Below are positions 36,801 through 44,633 of a stretch of 52,405 nucleotides of DNA, piece by piece. The stretch's first letter is position 1; each line of letters begins with the position of its first letter. This DNA is from a virus (lineage: Duplodnaviria; Caudoviricetes). The position numbers and the translations under genes are program-made. The notes under the pieces were generated by a model. That model was not told where the DNA came from. It ran no database searches and saw only the letters and a list, made by a program, of their open reading frames with translations. The stretch covers positions 1 through 52,405 of the IMG/VR virus record IMGVR_UViG_3300034101_004390; one strand, 5' to 3'.

Positions 36801-39772
36801 CAGCGCAGGCGGCAGTACAGACTGCAAAGCAACAGGCTCCCGCCGCCAAACAGGCACCTGCTCCGCAAGTTGATCTCAAGCCGAATTTGAGCGTCAAACC
36901 GGAAGTTGGTGGTGCTGCTCTTGCAAAAATAGATATTCCAACAGCGCCACCGTCAATTCCTCAGTTGGCTGTTGCTGGTCCTGCTCCCGCTGCGGATCAA
37001 GGATCAAAAGACGCTCAGGCGATTGCCGCGTTGATGATGGCTTTTTCAGATCGCCGTATGAAAGAAGACGTGAAGCACATCGGTTTCACGCATGACGGTC
37101 AGAAAATTTACAGTTATCGCATTAAAGGTCAGCCGCACACTCAGATTGGCCTGATGGCTGACGAGGTGCAAGAGCACAAGCCTGAGGCGGTCGGCTCGAT
37201 GAACGGCCTGAAAATGGTCGATTACGATCGCGCCACTGAAGATGCAGCGCGTAAGTCGCGCGGCGGTTATGCCGATGGCGGTAGCCCGGGTCTTGCAAGC
37301 CCGACTGACATGGCTGCGTTACTTGCGGCGCAAGCGCAGATGTTTGGGCCGTTCGGCGACTACGCTCGTACGTTGACTGGCAATCCGGGTGCGCCGGGAT
37401 ATGTCCCGGGCGCCAATTTACCTATTAGTAATTTAGTAACAGCCGGTGCTTTGCCAACTCAGCGTTCTACGGCGGATGACGTTGAGTCTGCTGTGAATAT
37501 CGGTAAAGGCATTAAAGAGTTACGCACGCCGAAGGAAGCGCCAAAACCGGCGGAATCAAAGACGGAAACAGAAGTTCCGGGTGCCGTAGCAAGCGGAGAG
37601 CCTGTTTCAGAAACGGAATATTCAATTGAACCTGCCAACCGATATCGTGGCGGCCTTGCATATGCTGATGGCGGGCAAGTCATTCCGTATGCCGCTCAAA
37701 CTGGGCTTAATATTCCGGTAGAAATGAAGACGCCGGAGTTGATGAAGCCGGGTTCATCACCGAAACAGCGCAGCACTATGGATGATGTTGCGCAAGCCTT
37801 AGGAATCGCATCAGATGTTAAGAATTTGATGCCGAAGGCTTATGGCGGATCGATTGGCCGCAACGGTTATGACGCCGGCGGTAATCCAACGTTTGCAGAG
37901 CGCTTTATTCCGGGTATTCAAACGCAAGAAGGCGTTGACGAAAATCGTCGCGCAATGATGGATTTCATTGAGAAGCGGGTTCTTAAAAATCCGTACCTAA
38001 ATACGGCCGAAGCCGCGCGTTTGCGTGATGAGCGTTTGCGCATGCAGCCGACGTCTGCTGCTCCGGCAACTACCGGAACGCCTCCTGCGCCTCCCGCAGC
38101 ACCTGCTACGACGCGTCCGCAGGCTCCTCGCCCAGTCGCCGATCTGACTGCCGCAAACAAGCCGCTGCCGTCTTCCATGTTTGCCAACTTGCCTGAATCT
38201 TTGGAACCGGGCTTGGCTACTGTGGTTCAAAGTCCTGCCGTTGGCGCTGGGCCGATGATTACGCCACCGGCCCCAGCCGCTGCTCCAACTGGTGGATTGG
38301 TTCCGCCTTCTGCCGCTGCGCCTGTTACGACTCCTGCTGCGGCTACGGCGCCGGCTGCTCCGACTGGTTTGCAGCCGCCTGCGGCACCTGCTGCAACGAC
38401 TCCGGCAACGCAGAAAAAGCCCGGCATATTGGACTGGCTGCGTAAGGAAGAGAATTACATTCCGCTTCTTCGTGGCGCTGCTGCCGCTGTGGCTGCTCCG
38501 ACGCAATACACGTTACCTGCGCTACTTGTTGGCGCTGGCGCTTACGGTAAAGCCAAGGGAGATGTTCTGCAGCAGTTGGCGGACATCGAGGCTATTAAGG
38601 CCGGAACAGAAGCAACACGGGCCGATATCAAGTTGTCTCTGGCAAATCTCCCAAGGCAGGCAATCGTTACGGATGCTCAAGGCAGAACGTTAGGCGTTCG
38701 AGTCTTCGGTCCGAACAACGAGATCATAATGATCCCGCCGGGTGAGTTCTTCCGCCGTCAAAAAGCGGGAGAGAAATTCAATTTTGCTTTTGCAACCGAG
38801 AGCGGACTCGGGCAAGTTCAGCCGGGCGCGCCAGCAACGCCTGCCGGAGCGCCAACGGCGACCCCAGCAGCGCCGACTGCGGCTCCTGCAACGGGCCAAC
38901 CCCAAAAGCCGGTTTATCAGCAAATCCCTCAGGATATGATGCCCGGCGTAATTCAAAGGGCTGACGCTGTTCAGGAAACGGGAATTCCGGCTCTTTCGGC
39001 TCAGAAAGAAAACAATCCGTTTACAGGGCAGGCATCACTGGCTCAGGCTGAGCGTGAAAACCGCTTCACCCGCAATACGCTTGCGAAGGCTTTCGTTGAA
39101 TTGCCCGCAAGTCAAAGCGGTGTGTTTTCTGCCGAAGTTGCCAATCCGCTGTTTAACTATGTAAGCAGCGCGCTGACGTTCTTTGGCGTATCGCCAGAGT
39201 TCTTAAAGCAATATGTGCGCGACCCGAAAGACATTGCCAATCAAGAAGTGGTGAACAAGATCACCACTCAACTTGCCCAGCAGATGCAGACCGAAGGCGG
39301 TGGCGTGGCTCTTGGCAAGTTTATGGCTTTGCTTGAGTCAATTCCGCGCTTATACAACACGAAGACAGGTCAAGCAGATCTTGTTGCAAGCATGTTTGTA
39401 AACTCGCAGCGCAACCTTGACGTAGATCGATTCAACAACTTGTATCGAAATGCTCTGCAAGATGCTGGCGGTTTGAACTCTGCACAGTCTGGATACGCTG
39501 GCCGCGGATTAGAAGCCGAATTTTCTCAGCGCCAAGATCCGTACTATCCAATTGAAAAATCAATTATTTCGGACATGTTCTTAAGTAAGGTAAAAATCAC
39601 GTCAAACGGACAACAAAAGGAAGTGCCTTTGCTGAAGTTCGTTATCGACTCCGGCGGAGAAATTCCGCCCGCGTTGAAAAAAGTGATTGTTGATAAATAC
39701 TCCAAGAAAAACCCAGACGGGTCGATCGCATACGACGCATCGAACGTTCTTCGTTACTTCGGGGGTGGTTGA
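33842..39772 (+). CDS. Giant DNA-ejection/internal virion protein with 18-aa repeats and two peptidase S74 (intramolecular chaperone) domains
   Basis: MGGK N-terminus; YMSPY...AGAFGGDR core; SDIRAKENV...GLIAQEVE...VNY and SDRRMKEDV...GLMADEVQ...VDY. Confidence 0.85.
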   Translation: MGGKTSKSTQTVSIPPEVLARYNAVNARAEDVASRPFQPYSYNPADFVAQLTPTQLAGIQNVNYAAGQAQPYFDEATNQLMGAQMAATPYYAQAEQDVGYGQQYGMAGTQAAQNLMYGGINAAYPLNYQSLQTMGAAQDVGAQLARQAYAQQARAGATADPFNYAASGAYQQGYGQGQELLGRGVEQFYGALGAAQPLQYEAAGGIRDALGVGRQLGAQSYATTQRAGETTMPINYQSLAGLQQALAAAQPYTQEATQRYGVGLEKADPLQQYALQTLGRAGMTGESISGEALGSLARAGYAAQPLQQLAQGIYGEAYQGAQPYNVAALQQYYGGLGAAGPISQQALQNVAAAQAGAQPYQQYATELGLAAARPVAPGQLTGFEIGQYMSPYMSTVVGQTQALLNQQAQQAQAEQTGNAIRAGAFGGDRARIAAANLQQQQQLAQGKVLGDLLQSGYGQALQTAQQQQQINLSAEQANRAAQQAAAGQLLGVGQTGFGQGISAAQQQAALAQQLFGQQMAAGQGIAGLGQQTFAQGLSAGQAQQALAQQLFGQGATTAQQQAAIAQSLFGQGATSAAQQAALAQQMFGQQATTAQGLAALGQQLYSQGTGTAQAQAAIGQQMFAQQMAQAQQEAALSQMLYGQGLGASQAQAALAQQQFAQQQGVGQNLLAAGQQGFQQGLGLGQAQQGLGQQLFSQNMQQAQQQAALSQLLFGQGTTAAQQQAAIGQQLFGQGLSASQQQAALGQQGFAQQLAAAQARQQLGQGLYGMGTGTAQQLAALGTGAQGAALQGAQAQLAAGQAQQQTAQAGLQALYNQFLQQQAYPFQVAQFLGNIAMGTGALSGSTTTTVQPGSIFQTSDIRAKENVREVGKTLDGQPIYAYNYKGDPKTQMGLIAQEVEERHPDAVAKIGGLKAVNYERATRDAARRGDAIDAEFSPISEGGSVTRERAGLGFADGGMPDTNDAANRAEEEMKQRQQEQAAQNEQRAAQAAVQTAKQQAPAAKQAPAPQVDLKPNLSVKPEVGGAALAKIDIPTAPPSIPQLAVAGPAPAADQGSKDAQAIAALMMAFSDRRMKEDVKHIGFTHDGQKIYSYRIKGQPHTQIGLMADEVQEHKPEAVGSMNGLKMVDYDRATEDAARKSRGGYADGGSPGLASPTDMAALLAAQAQMFGPFGDYARTLTGNPGAPGYVPGANLPISNLVTAGALPTQRSTADDVESAVNIGKGIKELRTPKEAPKPAESKTETEVPGAVASGEPVSETEYSIEPANRYRGGLAYADGGQVIPYAAQTGLNIPVEMKTPELMKPGSSPKQRSTMDDVAQALGIASDVKNLMPKAYGGSIGRNGYDAGGNPTFAERFIPGIQTQEGVDENRRAMMDFIEKRVLKNPYLNTAEAARLRDERLRMQPTSAAPATTGTPPAPPAAPATTRPQAPRPVADLTAANKPLPSSMFANLPESLEPGLATVVQSPAVGAGPMITPPAPAAAPTGGLVPPSAAAPVTTPAAATAPAAPTGLQPPAAPAATTPATQKKPGILDWLRKEENYIPLLRGAAAAVAAPTQYTLPALLVGAGAYGKAKGDVLQQLADIEAIKAGTEATRADIKLSLANLPRQAIVTDAQGRTLGVRVFGPNNEIIMIPPGEFFRRQKAGEKFNFAFATESGLGQVQPGAPATPAGAPTATPAAPTAAPATGQPQKPVYQQIPQDMMPGVIQRADAVQETGIPALSAQKENNPFTGQASLAQAERENRFTRNTLAKAFVELPASQSGVFSAEVANPLFNYVSSALTFFGVSPEFLKQYVRDPKDIANQEVVNKITTQLAQQMQTEGGGVALGKFMALLESIPRLYNTKTGQADLVASMFVNSQRNLDVDRFNNLYRNALQDAGGLNSAQSGYAGRGLEAEFSQRQDPYYPIEKSIISDMFLSKVKITSNGQQKEVPLLKFVIDSGGEIPPALKKVIVDKYSKKNPDGSIAYDASNVLRYFGGG
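34046..34963 (+). repeat. 17 degenerate 18-aa (54-nt) repeats, arm 1 (AQP[YL]xxxA...)
   Basis: Counted by hand in translation; register holds from AQPYFDEA to AQPYQQYA. Confidence 0.75.
35321..36184 (+). repeat. 16 tandem 18-aa (54-nt) repeats, arm 2 (QQLFGQGxxxAQQQAAL[AG])
   Basis: Aromatic residue every 18 aa without indels. Confidence 0.9.
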
Positions 39773-42099
39773 TGGCTCTTCCAGAGGACGAAACGCAATT
39801 TGAGATTGTTAGCGGCGCACCTGCAGTTTCCGGTGTTCCTGCCAACAACGCTGAGCGTGAAACATTTGAAATAGTTCCAATGGAAGCGGAGGCAAGAAAG
39901 CCTCCTCCTCAGCAGCCGACTCCAGATCGATCCGGCGTTCGCGTTGGCGCAACTCGTTTTCAGCAGGCCCGTGCTCCAGCGGCACCCAGCGAAAAAGAAC
40001 TTTCGTGGGAAGAAACCGCTCGCGGGTTTGGCAGAACAATTGTTCCAAGCACTATCGAGGCTGGCCGCGCCACATTGCAGGCATTAAATCCTGCAAACTT
40101 GGATGAAACATATGCGGGCCTAAAGCAATTAGGTGTTGGCGCCGTATCGAAAGGCCAGCGTGCCTTAGGCATTTCTCAAAATAAATCAGAAGCCGCAGAA
40201 GATGAGCGCGCCCTAAATGCATTCATCGAAGGGTATAAAAATACATACGGTTCGATGGCCGGGTTCAAACGCGCTTTAGCGGAAGACCCTGCAAGTGTAT
40301 TGCTAGATTTATCAACTTTTCTTACCGGCGGCGCAGGCGCCCTTGGAAAGGCTGGTCTTGCGTCTGAAAAAGCGGTCAGGATTGCACAACGCGCCGGAAC
40401 CGCTATAGATCCGTTGCAAACCGCTTTGAAGGTGGCAAAAGCCCCGGTCGTAGGCGTCAAAGTTCCTTTTACACAGAAGAGGATTCCCGGCGCCGCTCAG
40501 ATGTCCACGCTTGCATTTGGTTTGACGACTGGCCGGTCGCCTGAATTAATACAGCAGGCAGCGCGAACTGCAATGGAAGGAACCCCAGAGCAAAGAGATG
40601 CGTTCCTTAAATTTTCTAGCAAAAACGCTGACGACATGGAAATTGTCGACGTGGCCGCCAACGCATTGCAGAAAGCAAAGAAAGCGCAGCGAGATGCGTA
40701 TGAGAAGTCGATGGCAGCATCGAATGCCCGTGCGCCAAGCGTAGACTTTAATCCTGTGTTATCAGCAATCGATAACGAATTAAATTCTTATCAAACAGTG
40801 ACCTCAACCGGCAAAAAACTACCTAAGAACAAAGGCGCTGTAGAGTTGTTAGAAGAGATTGGTCAAGAGGCTCTTGAATATGCAACCGGGCCGGTTGGTT
40901 CTGTTGAGCGAAGTATTTTTAGTGCCGATGCTCTTAAGCAACGAATCGGCGAATTAATGAATACTTATAAGAACAACCCTCAAGCGTATCGAGCGGGCGT
41001 TGCTGCGTATAACGCTGTCAAAACCGCAATTGGCAAGTCTGACCCCGAATACATGCGAATCATGCGTGAATACGAAGATGCGCAGGAAATAATCAACGAT
41101 ATTCGCATGGGTCTCGGCGTTGGCCGCGCATCGCCTGAAACAGTTCTTAGTCGTTTAATGCCGAAGAAGAAACCGTCAACTCGAAAAATGTTGATTGAAG
41201 ATCTTGCTAAATTTGACGACCGAATCCCGCACATGATTGCGGGCGCATCTTTGCGCGAGACGGTGCCGGGCGGATTGCAGGCACTGCTTAGCGGCGTAAC
41301 TGGGTTTGCAGTCCATCCTGTTGCATTCGCTGGCCAACTGGCGGCTTCCTCGCCTAAGGTTGTTGGCCGAGGCGCATATGCCGCAGGAAGACTTGGGGCT
41401 GCTGGCCGTGCGATTACTCAGCCCGGTGTTGTGCTTCCCGCTTACTACGCCGGACGCGCGCGAGAAGAAGTGGTTAATCAAGCAGCCGCATCGCCAGAGC
41501 AAGAAGAAGTTTTTAATAAGATGCTTGGCATCGAAAGCAGCAATCGTCAATTTGATGCAAAAGGAAACACGATTCTTGGCCCAGAAGTTCAAACTGAATT
41601 CGGGCGTCATCGCGCTGTAGGTATTGGGCAGGTCATGCCATACACCGGCCCCGAGGCAGCAGAGGCTGCTGGCGTCGAGTGGAATGAAGAAAGGCTGTAC
41701 AACGATGCGGAGTACAACAAGACATTAGCCCGCGCGTACTTTGACAAACAAGTTCAAGAGTTTGGAAGCGTTGTTACCGCTGCCGCGGCATATAACGCTG
41801 GTCCTGAGCGCGTCCGACAAGCAATCAGAAAGGCTGAAGAGACGGGCCAATCGTTCATTGAGTTTTTGCCTCAAGAAACTAAAAACTACTTGCAAAAAAT
41901 ATTTGGCGAATCTGGCGGTGAATTTCGTATTGAGCGCAAGTCTGGCGGCCGCGTCGACAGCGTCGAGCGCCTTGTTAGCCAGTTGATGCTGCGCACGAAG
42001 CAGGCCAAGCGCGAGACAACGAAAGCGACGGAACCTTTACTTGACCAGCCTGACGAATCGATCGTAAAAGCCCTCGACGTGGCTCAGCAGGCGATCTAG
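39772..42099 (+). CDS. Internal virion protein with C-terminal lytic transglycosylase (SLT) domain
   Basis: IESS, AVGIGQVMP, AAYNAGP, ETKNY motifs; TGATG coupling. Confidence 0.88.
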   Translation: MALPEDETQFEIVSGAPAVSGVPANNAERETFEIVPMEAEARKPPPQQPTPDRSGVRVGATRFQQARAPAAPSEKELSWEETARGFGRTIVPSTIEAGRATLQALNPANLDETYAGLKQLGVGAVSKGQRALGISQNKSEAAEDERALNAFIEGYKNTYGSMAGFKRALAEDPASVLLDLSTFLTGGAGALGKAGLASEKAVRIAQRAGTAIDPLQTALKVAKAPVVGVKVPFTQKRIPGAAQMSTLAFGLTTGRSPELIQQAARTAMEGTPEQRDAFLKFSSKNADDMEIVDVAANALQKAKKAQRDAYEKSMAASNARAPSVDFNPVLSAIDNELNSYQTVTSTGKKLPKNKGAVELLEEIGQEALEYATGPVGSVERSIFSADALKQRIGELMNTYKNNPQAYRAGVAAYNAVKTAIGKSDPEYMRIMREYEDAQEIINDIRMGLGVGRASPETVLSRLMPKKKPSTRKMLIEDLAKFDDRIPHMIAGASLRETVPGGLQALLSGVTGFAVHPVAFAGQLAASSPKVVGRGAYAAGRLGAAGRAITQPGVVLPAYYAGRAREEVVNQAAASPEQEEVFNKMLGIESSNRQFDAKGNTILGPEVQTEFGRHRAVGIGQVMPYTGPEAAEAAGVEWNEERLYNDAEYNKTLARAYFDKQVQEFGSVVTAAAAYNAGPERVRQAIRKAEETGQSFIEFLPQETKNYLQKIFGESGGEFRIERKSGGRVDSVERLVSQLMLRTKQAKRETTKATEPLLDQPDESIVKALDVAQQAI

Positions 42100-42108
42100 G
42101 AGTAACGA

Positions 42109-43116
42109 ATGGCCAGCACATTTACAACCAACAAGTCGATCGAAAAGCCGGGTAATGGCGACTACGTCAATACGTGGTCGACGCCTGTCAACGACGACTG
42201 GGACATCATCGATGCCTCGCTGGGCGGCACTACGACGCTAAACGCCACTGGCGCATCGGGCACGGTCACTTTGACGGTTGGCCAGTATCGTCCGCCGACC
42301 ATCATCGTCTCGGGCGTACTCACGGCAAACGTGACGTACTCGTTGCCGTCTGGTGTTGGTGGTCAATGGGTTGTCTACAACATCACGACCGGTTCGTTCA
42401 CGGTAACGCTGGCAAGCGCAGGCGGCGGCACATCGGTTGTCATCACGCAGGGCAAATCAACGCTGCTGTTCTCTGACGGCACGAACGTTCGCTCTGGCGT
42501 GTCGGATATCCCGGCTCTGGCTGGTGGCTCGACTGGCCAAGTTCAGTTTAATAACGCTGGCAACCTTGCTGGATCTGCCAATTTTACGTACGACGGATCT
42601 GCGATTGTGGTGCTTGGCGCTACAGCGACTGCCGAACTTCGAGTTCGCAATACGATTCGTATCTACGGCTCGACTTCTGGCTTTACCGGCATCACGGTTC
42701 CAGCGGCGGCAGGCTCGACCACATATTCGTTACCGCCTGCAGACGGCACTAGCGGCCAAGTGCTGACGACCAACGGCGGCGGTGGATTATCGTGGACCAC
42801 GGTTTCCGGTAGCGGCACGGCCGGCGTCACATCGTTCAACGCAGGCACCACCGGCTTAACTCCGGCGCTCGCAACAACTGGCGCTGTGACACTCGGTGGC
42901 ACCCTTGCCGTTGCTAACGGCGGTACGGGTCAAACGACTTACGCTGACGGTGAATTGCTAATTGGTAACAGCACTGGCAACACGCTCACGAAGGCAACGT
43001 TGACGGCTGGAGTTGGCGTCACGATTACCAACAGCGCGGGCGCCATTACGATTTCGTTTGCTGGCGGAACGCAGAGCGCGCAGGACTACATCGTTCAGTC
43101 CTACGGCATCGTGTAA
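42109..43116 (+). CDS. Second (short) tail fibre/needle-like protein
   Basis: MASTFT...TWSTPVN.DW.IID N-terminal anchor; fibre repeats; C-terminus identical to 22467..26078. Confidence 0.8.
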   Translation: MASTFTTNKSIEKPGNGDYVNTWSTPVNDDWDIIDASLGGTTTLNATGASGTVTLTVGQYRPPTIIVSGVLTANVTYSLPSGVGGQWVVYNITTGSFTVTLASAGGGTSVVITQGKSTLLFSDGTNVRSGVSDIPALAGGSTGQVQFNNAGNLAGSANFTYDGSAIVVLGATATAELRVRNTIRIYGSTSGFTGITVPAAAGSTTYSLPPADGTSGQVLTTNGGGGLSWTTVSGSGTAGVTSFNAGTTGLTPALATTGAVTLGGTLAVANGGTGQTTYADGELLIGNSTGNTLTKATLTAGVGVTITNSAGAITISFAGGTQSAQDYIVQSYGIV

Positions 43117-43295
43117 TGACGCTTGAGGCAAAAGACCTCAAGTTACTCAAAACCGATCTGGCCCATCGCGTCAGAGAGGTAAACGGCAAAGTCGCGCGCT
43201 TAGAGAAGCGTATCGACTGGTTGGAAAAGTTGTTGTGGTTGTCTGCCGGCGCGGTCATTAGTTGGCTTGCCGGAGTTGTACTGAGGAATGTGTGA
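43116..43295 (+). CDS. Small coiled-coil + C-terminal TM protein (59 aa; absent from ORF track)
   Basis: Hand translation MTLEAKDL...RLEKRIDWLEKLLWLSAGAVISWLAGVVLRNV; TAATG/TGATG coupling. Confidence 0.75.
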   Translation: MTLEAKDLKLLKTDLAHRVREVNGKVARLEKRIDWLEKLLWLSAGAVISWLAGVVLRNV

Positions 43296-43483
43296 TGCCG
43301 ACGATTCAGGATGTGGAGGCTAAAGTGGATAGCCATATCGACGTTTGCGCCGTTCGATACGAAGGAATTGCCACAGAAATGAAAGGCGTTAACGCTCGCC
43401 TGAAGCGCATCGAGCAGATCTTCATTACGGCCGCCGGTTTCATCATTGCATTGCTTTTGGGTTTAGTCCTCAAGGGGTTGTGA
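43295..43483 (+). CDS. XhlA-like small membrane protein (lysis module)
   Basis: HxDVCAVRY...RLKRIE + C-terminal TM helix. Confidence 0.75.
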   Translation: MPTIQDVEAKVDSHIDVCAVRYEGIATEMKGVNARLKRIEQIFITAAGFIIALLLGLVLKGL

Positions 43484-43484
43484 C

Positions 43485-43892
43485 ATGAGCGAAGACATCG
43501 AAATGCTGCGAGAGCAAGCGCGCGCAGAACTGCAGCGCCTCGAAGCCAATAGCAGCGCCAAGGATGTTGCTGGCAAAGCCATCGGTAAGGACGGTCTCAA
43601 GTACATTACGGCCATCGTTGTCATCGGTGTGCTCTCTAGCCTCGCGCTCGATACCGACAAGATCGCTGCGGTAATGGGTTTGCTCGGTGCATCTCTTACG
43701 GCGCTGATCTCGATGCTTGCGAGCATTGCAGGCGCGACCGAGAAGGAAGAGAAGCCTGAGTTCGCCGTGATCAAGGAACTCATTGCTAAACTCGACAGGC
43801 TCGATCGTAAGGAGATGCCGATGCGCGTCGACGTCGAGGGCAGCCATGTCACTGTCACTAAAGGTGACGACGTAGTGAGGGCGTCCAAGTGA
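43485..43892 (+). CDS. Two-TM membrane protein (holin-like/unknown)
   Basis: Hydrophobic YITAIVVIGVLSSLAL and IAAVMGLLGASLTALISMLASI. Confidence 0.7.
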   Translation: MSEDIEMLREQARAELQRLEANSSAKDVAGKAIGKDGLKYITAIVVIGVLSSLALDTDKIAAVMGLLGASLTALISMLASIAGATEKEEKPEFAVIKELIAKLDRLDRKEMPMRVDVEGSHVTVTKGDDVVRASK

Positions 43893-44146
43893 ACATGCAA
43901 AAGATCATAGACATGCTATTTCCTGTTCTGCTGGCCGCTGTCGGCTGGCTGCTTGCGGAAATCGCATCGTTCAACAATCGCCTGATTGCGATTGAGTCCA
44001 AAATCCCCATTTTGATTACTGAGGATGGGGTGCCGACTGACAGTCCGTTAAGCGCGTCGCGTCGTCAGGAATTGAAGGACGACATCATGGAAGACATCCA
44101 TGATCTGCAGGTGCGAGTTAAGTTGATAGAGGAGCGCAACAAATGA
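43889..44146 (+). CDS. N-terminal TM + coiled-coil protein (lysis module)
   Basis: MLFPVLLAAVGWLL; C-terminal DLQVRVKLIEE; start may be 43895. Confidence 0.7.
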   Translation: MNMQKIIDMLFPVLLAAVGWLLAEIASFNNRLIAIESKIPILITEDGVPTDSPLSASRRQELKDDIMEDIHDLQVRVKLIEERNK

Positions 44147-44631
44147 TGACGATGGTTTCAACCTTCCTGTCGTTTCTTGCGGGCGGTTTGCCCAAACTCC
44201 TGCAGATCTTCCAAGACCGACAGGACAAAAAGCATGAGTTGGCTCTTGTTGCCGCGCAGAAGGAGCGCGAACTAGCGTTGGCTGAGCGCGGCTTTCTCGC
44301 ACAGGCACGCGTTGAAGAAATCAAGTTAGAGCAGATTCAGACGCAGACTTCAGGCGAAGAGCGTCAAGCGCTGTATCAGCACGACATCGAGATTGGCAAA
44401 GGCGCCTCGCAGTGGATGATTAATCTGCGCGCGTCGGTGCGTCCGGTAGTGACGTATATCTTTGTACTTGAACTTGTTGCCATCAACATCGCGGGCGTTT
44501 GGTATGCCTACAACACTGGCGTTCCGTTTGCTGCGGCGATGGCAGAAGTTTTCTCTGACGACGAGATGCTCATACTGTCGTCAATCATAGCCTTTTGGTT
44601 CGGCACGCAGGCGTTCCAAAAGAAAGGTTGA
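44143..44631 (+). CDS. Holin, 3-TM gene-transfer-release type
   Basis: LRASVRPVVTY and IIAFWFG motifs; adjacent to endolysin. Confidence 0.8.
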   Translation: MMTMVSTFLSFLAGGLPKLLQIFQDRQDKKHELALVAAQKERELALAERGFLAQARVEEIKLEQIQTQTSGEERQALYQHDIEIGKGASQWMINLRASVRPVVTYIFVLELVAINIAGVWYAYNTGVPFAAAMAEVFSDDEMLILSSIIAFWFGTQAFQKKG

Positions 44632-44633
44632 TC

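Noticed and set aside
8084-42099. GG motifs as ubiquitin-like C-termini or bacteriocin double-glycine leaders
   Set aside because: No ubiquitin-like, E1/E2, JAB or C39-peptidase ABC transporter genes recognised; the motifs are internal and in virion-module proteins
26040-43116. Shared fibre 3' ends as DGR template/variable repeats or invertase crossover sites
   Set aside because: No reverse transcriptase or invertase in the window; differences are synonymous and not adenine-specific; repeats are direct and short
3489-44308. Numerous minus-strand and alternative-frame ORFs over the structural region (e.g. 7161..8084, 13900..14892, 15848..16708, 35094..35885)
   Set aside because: They overlap well-supported + strand genes; long shadow frames are expected in GC-rich DNA, and they show no motifs or RBS
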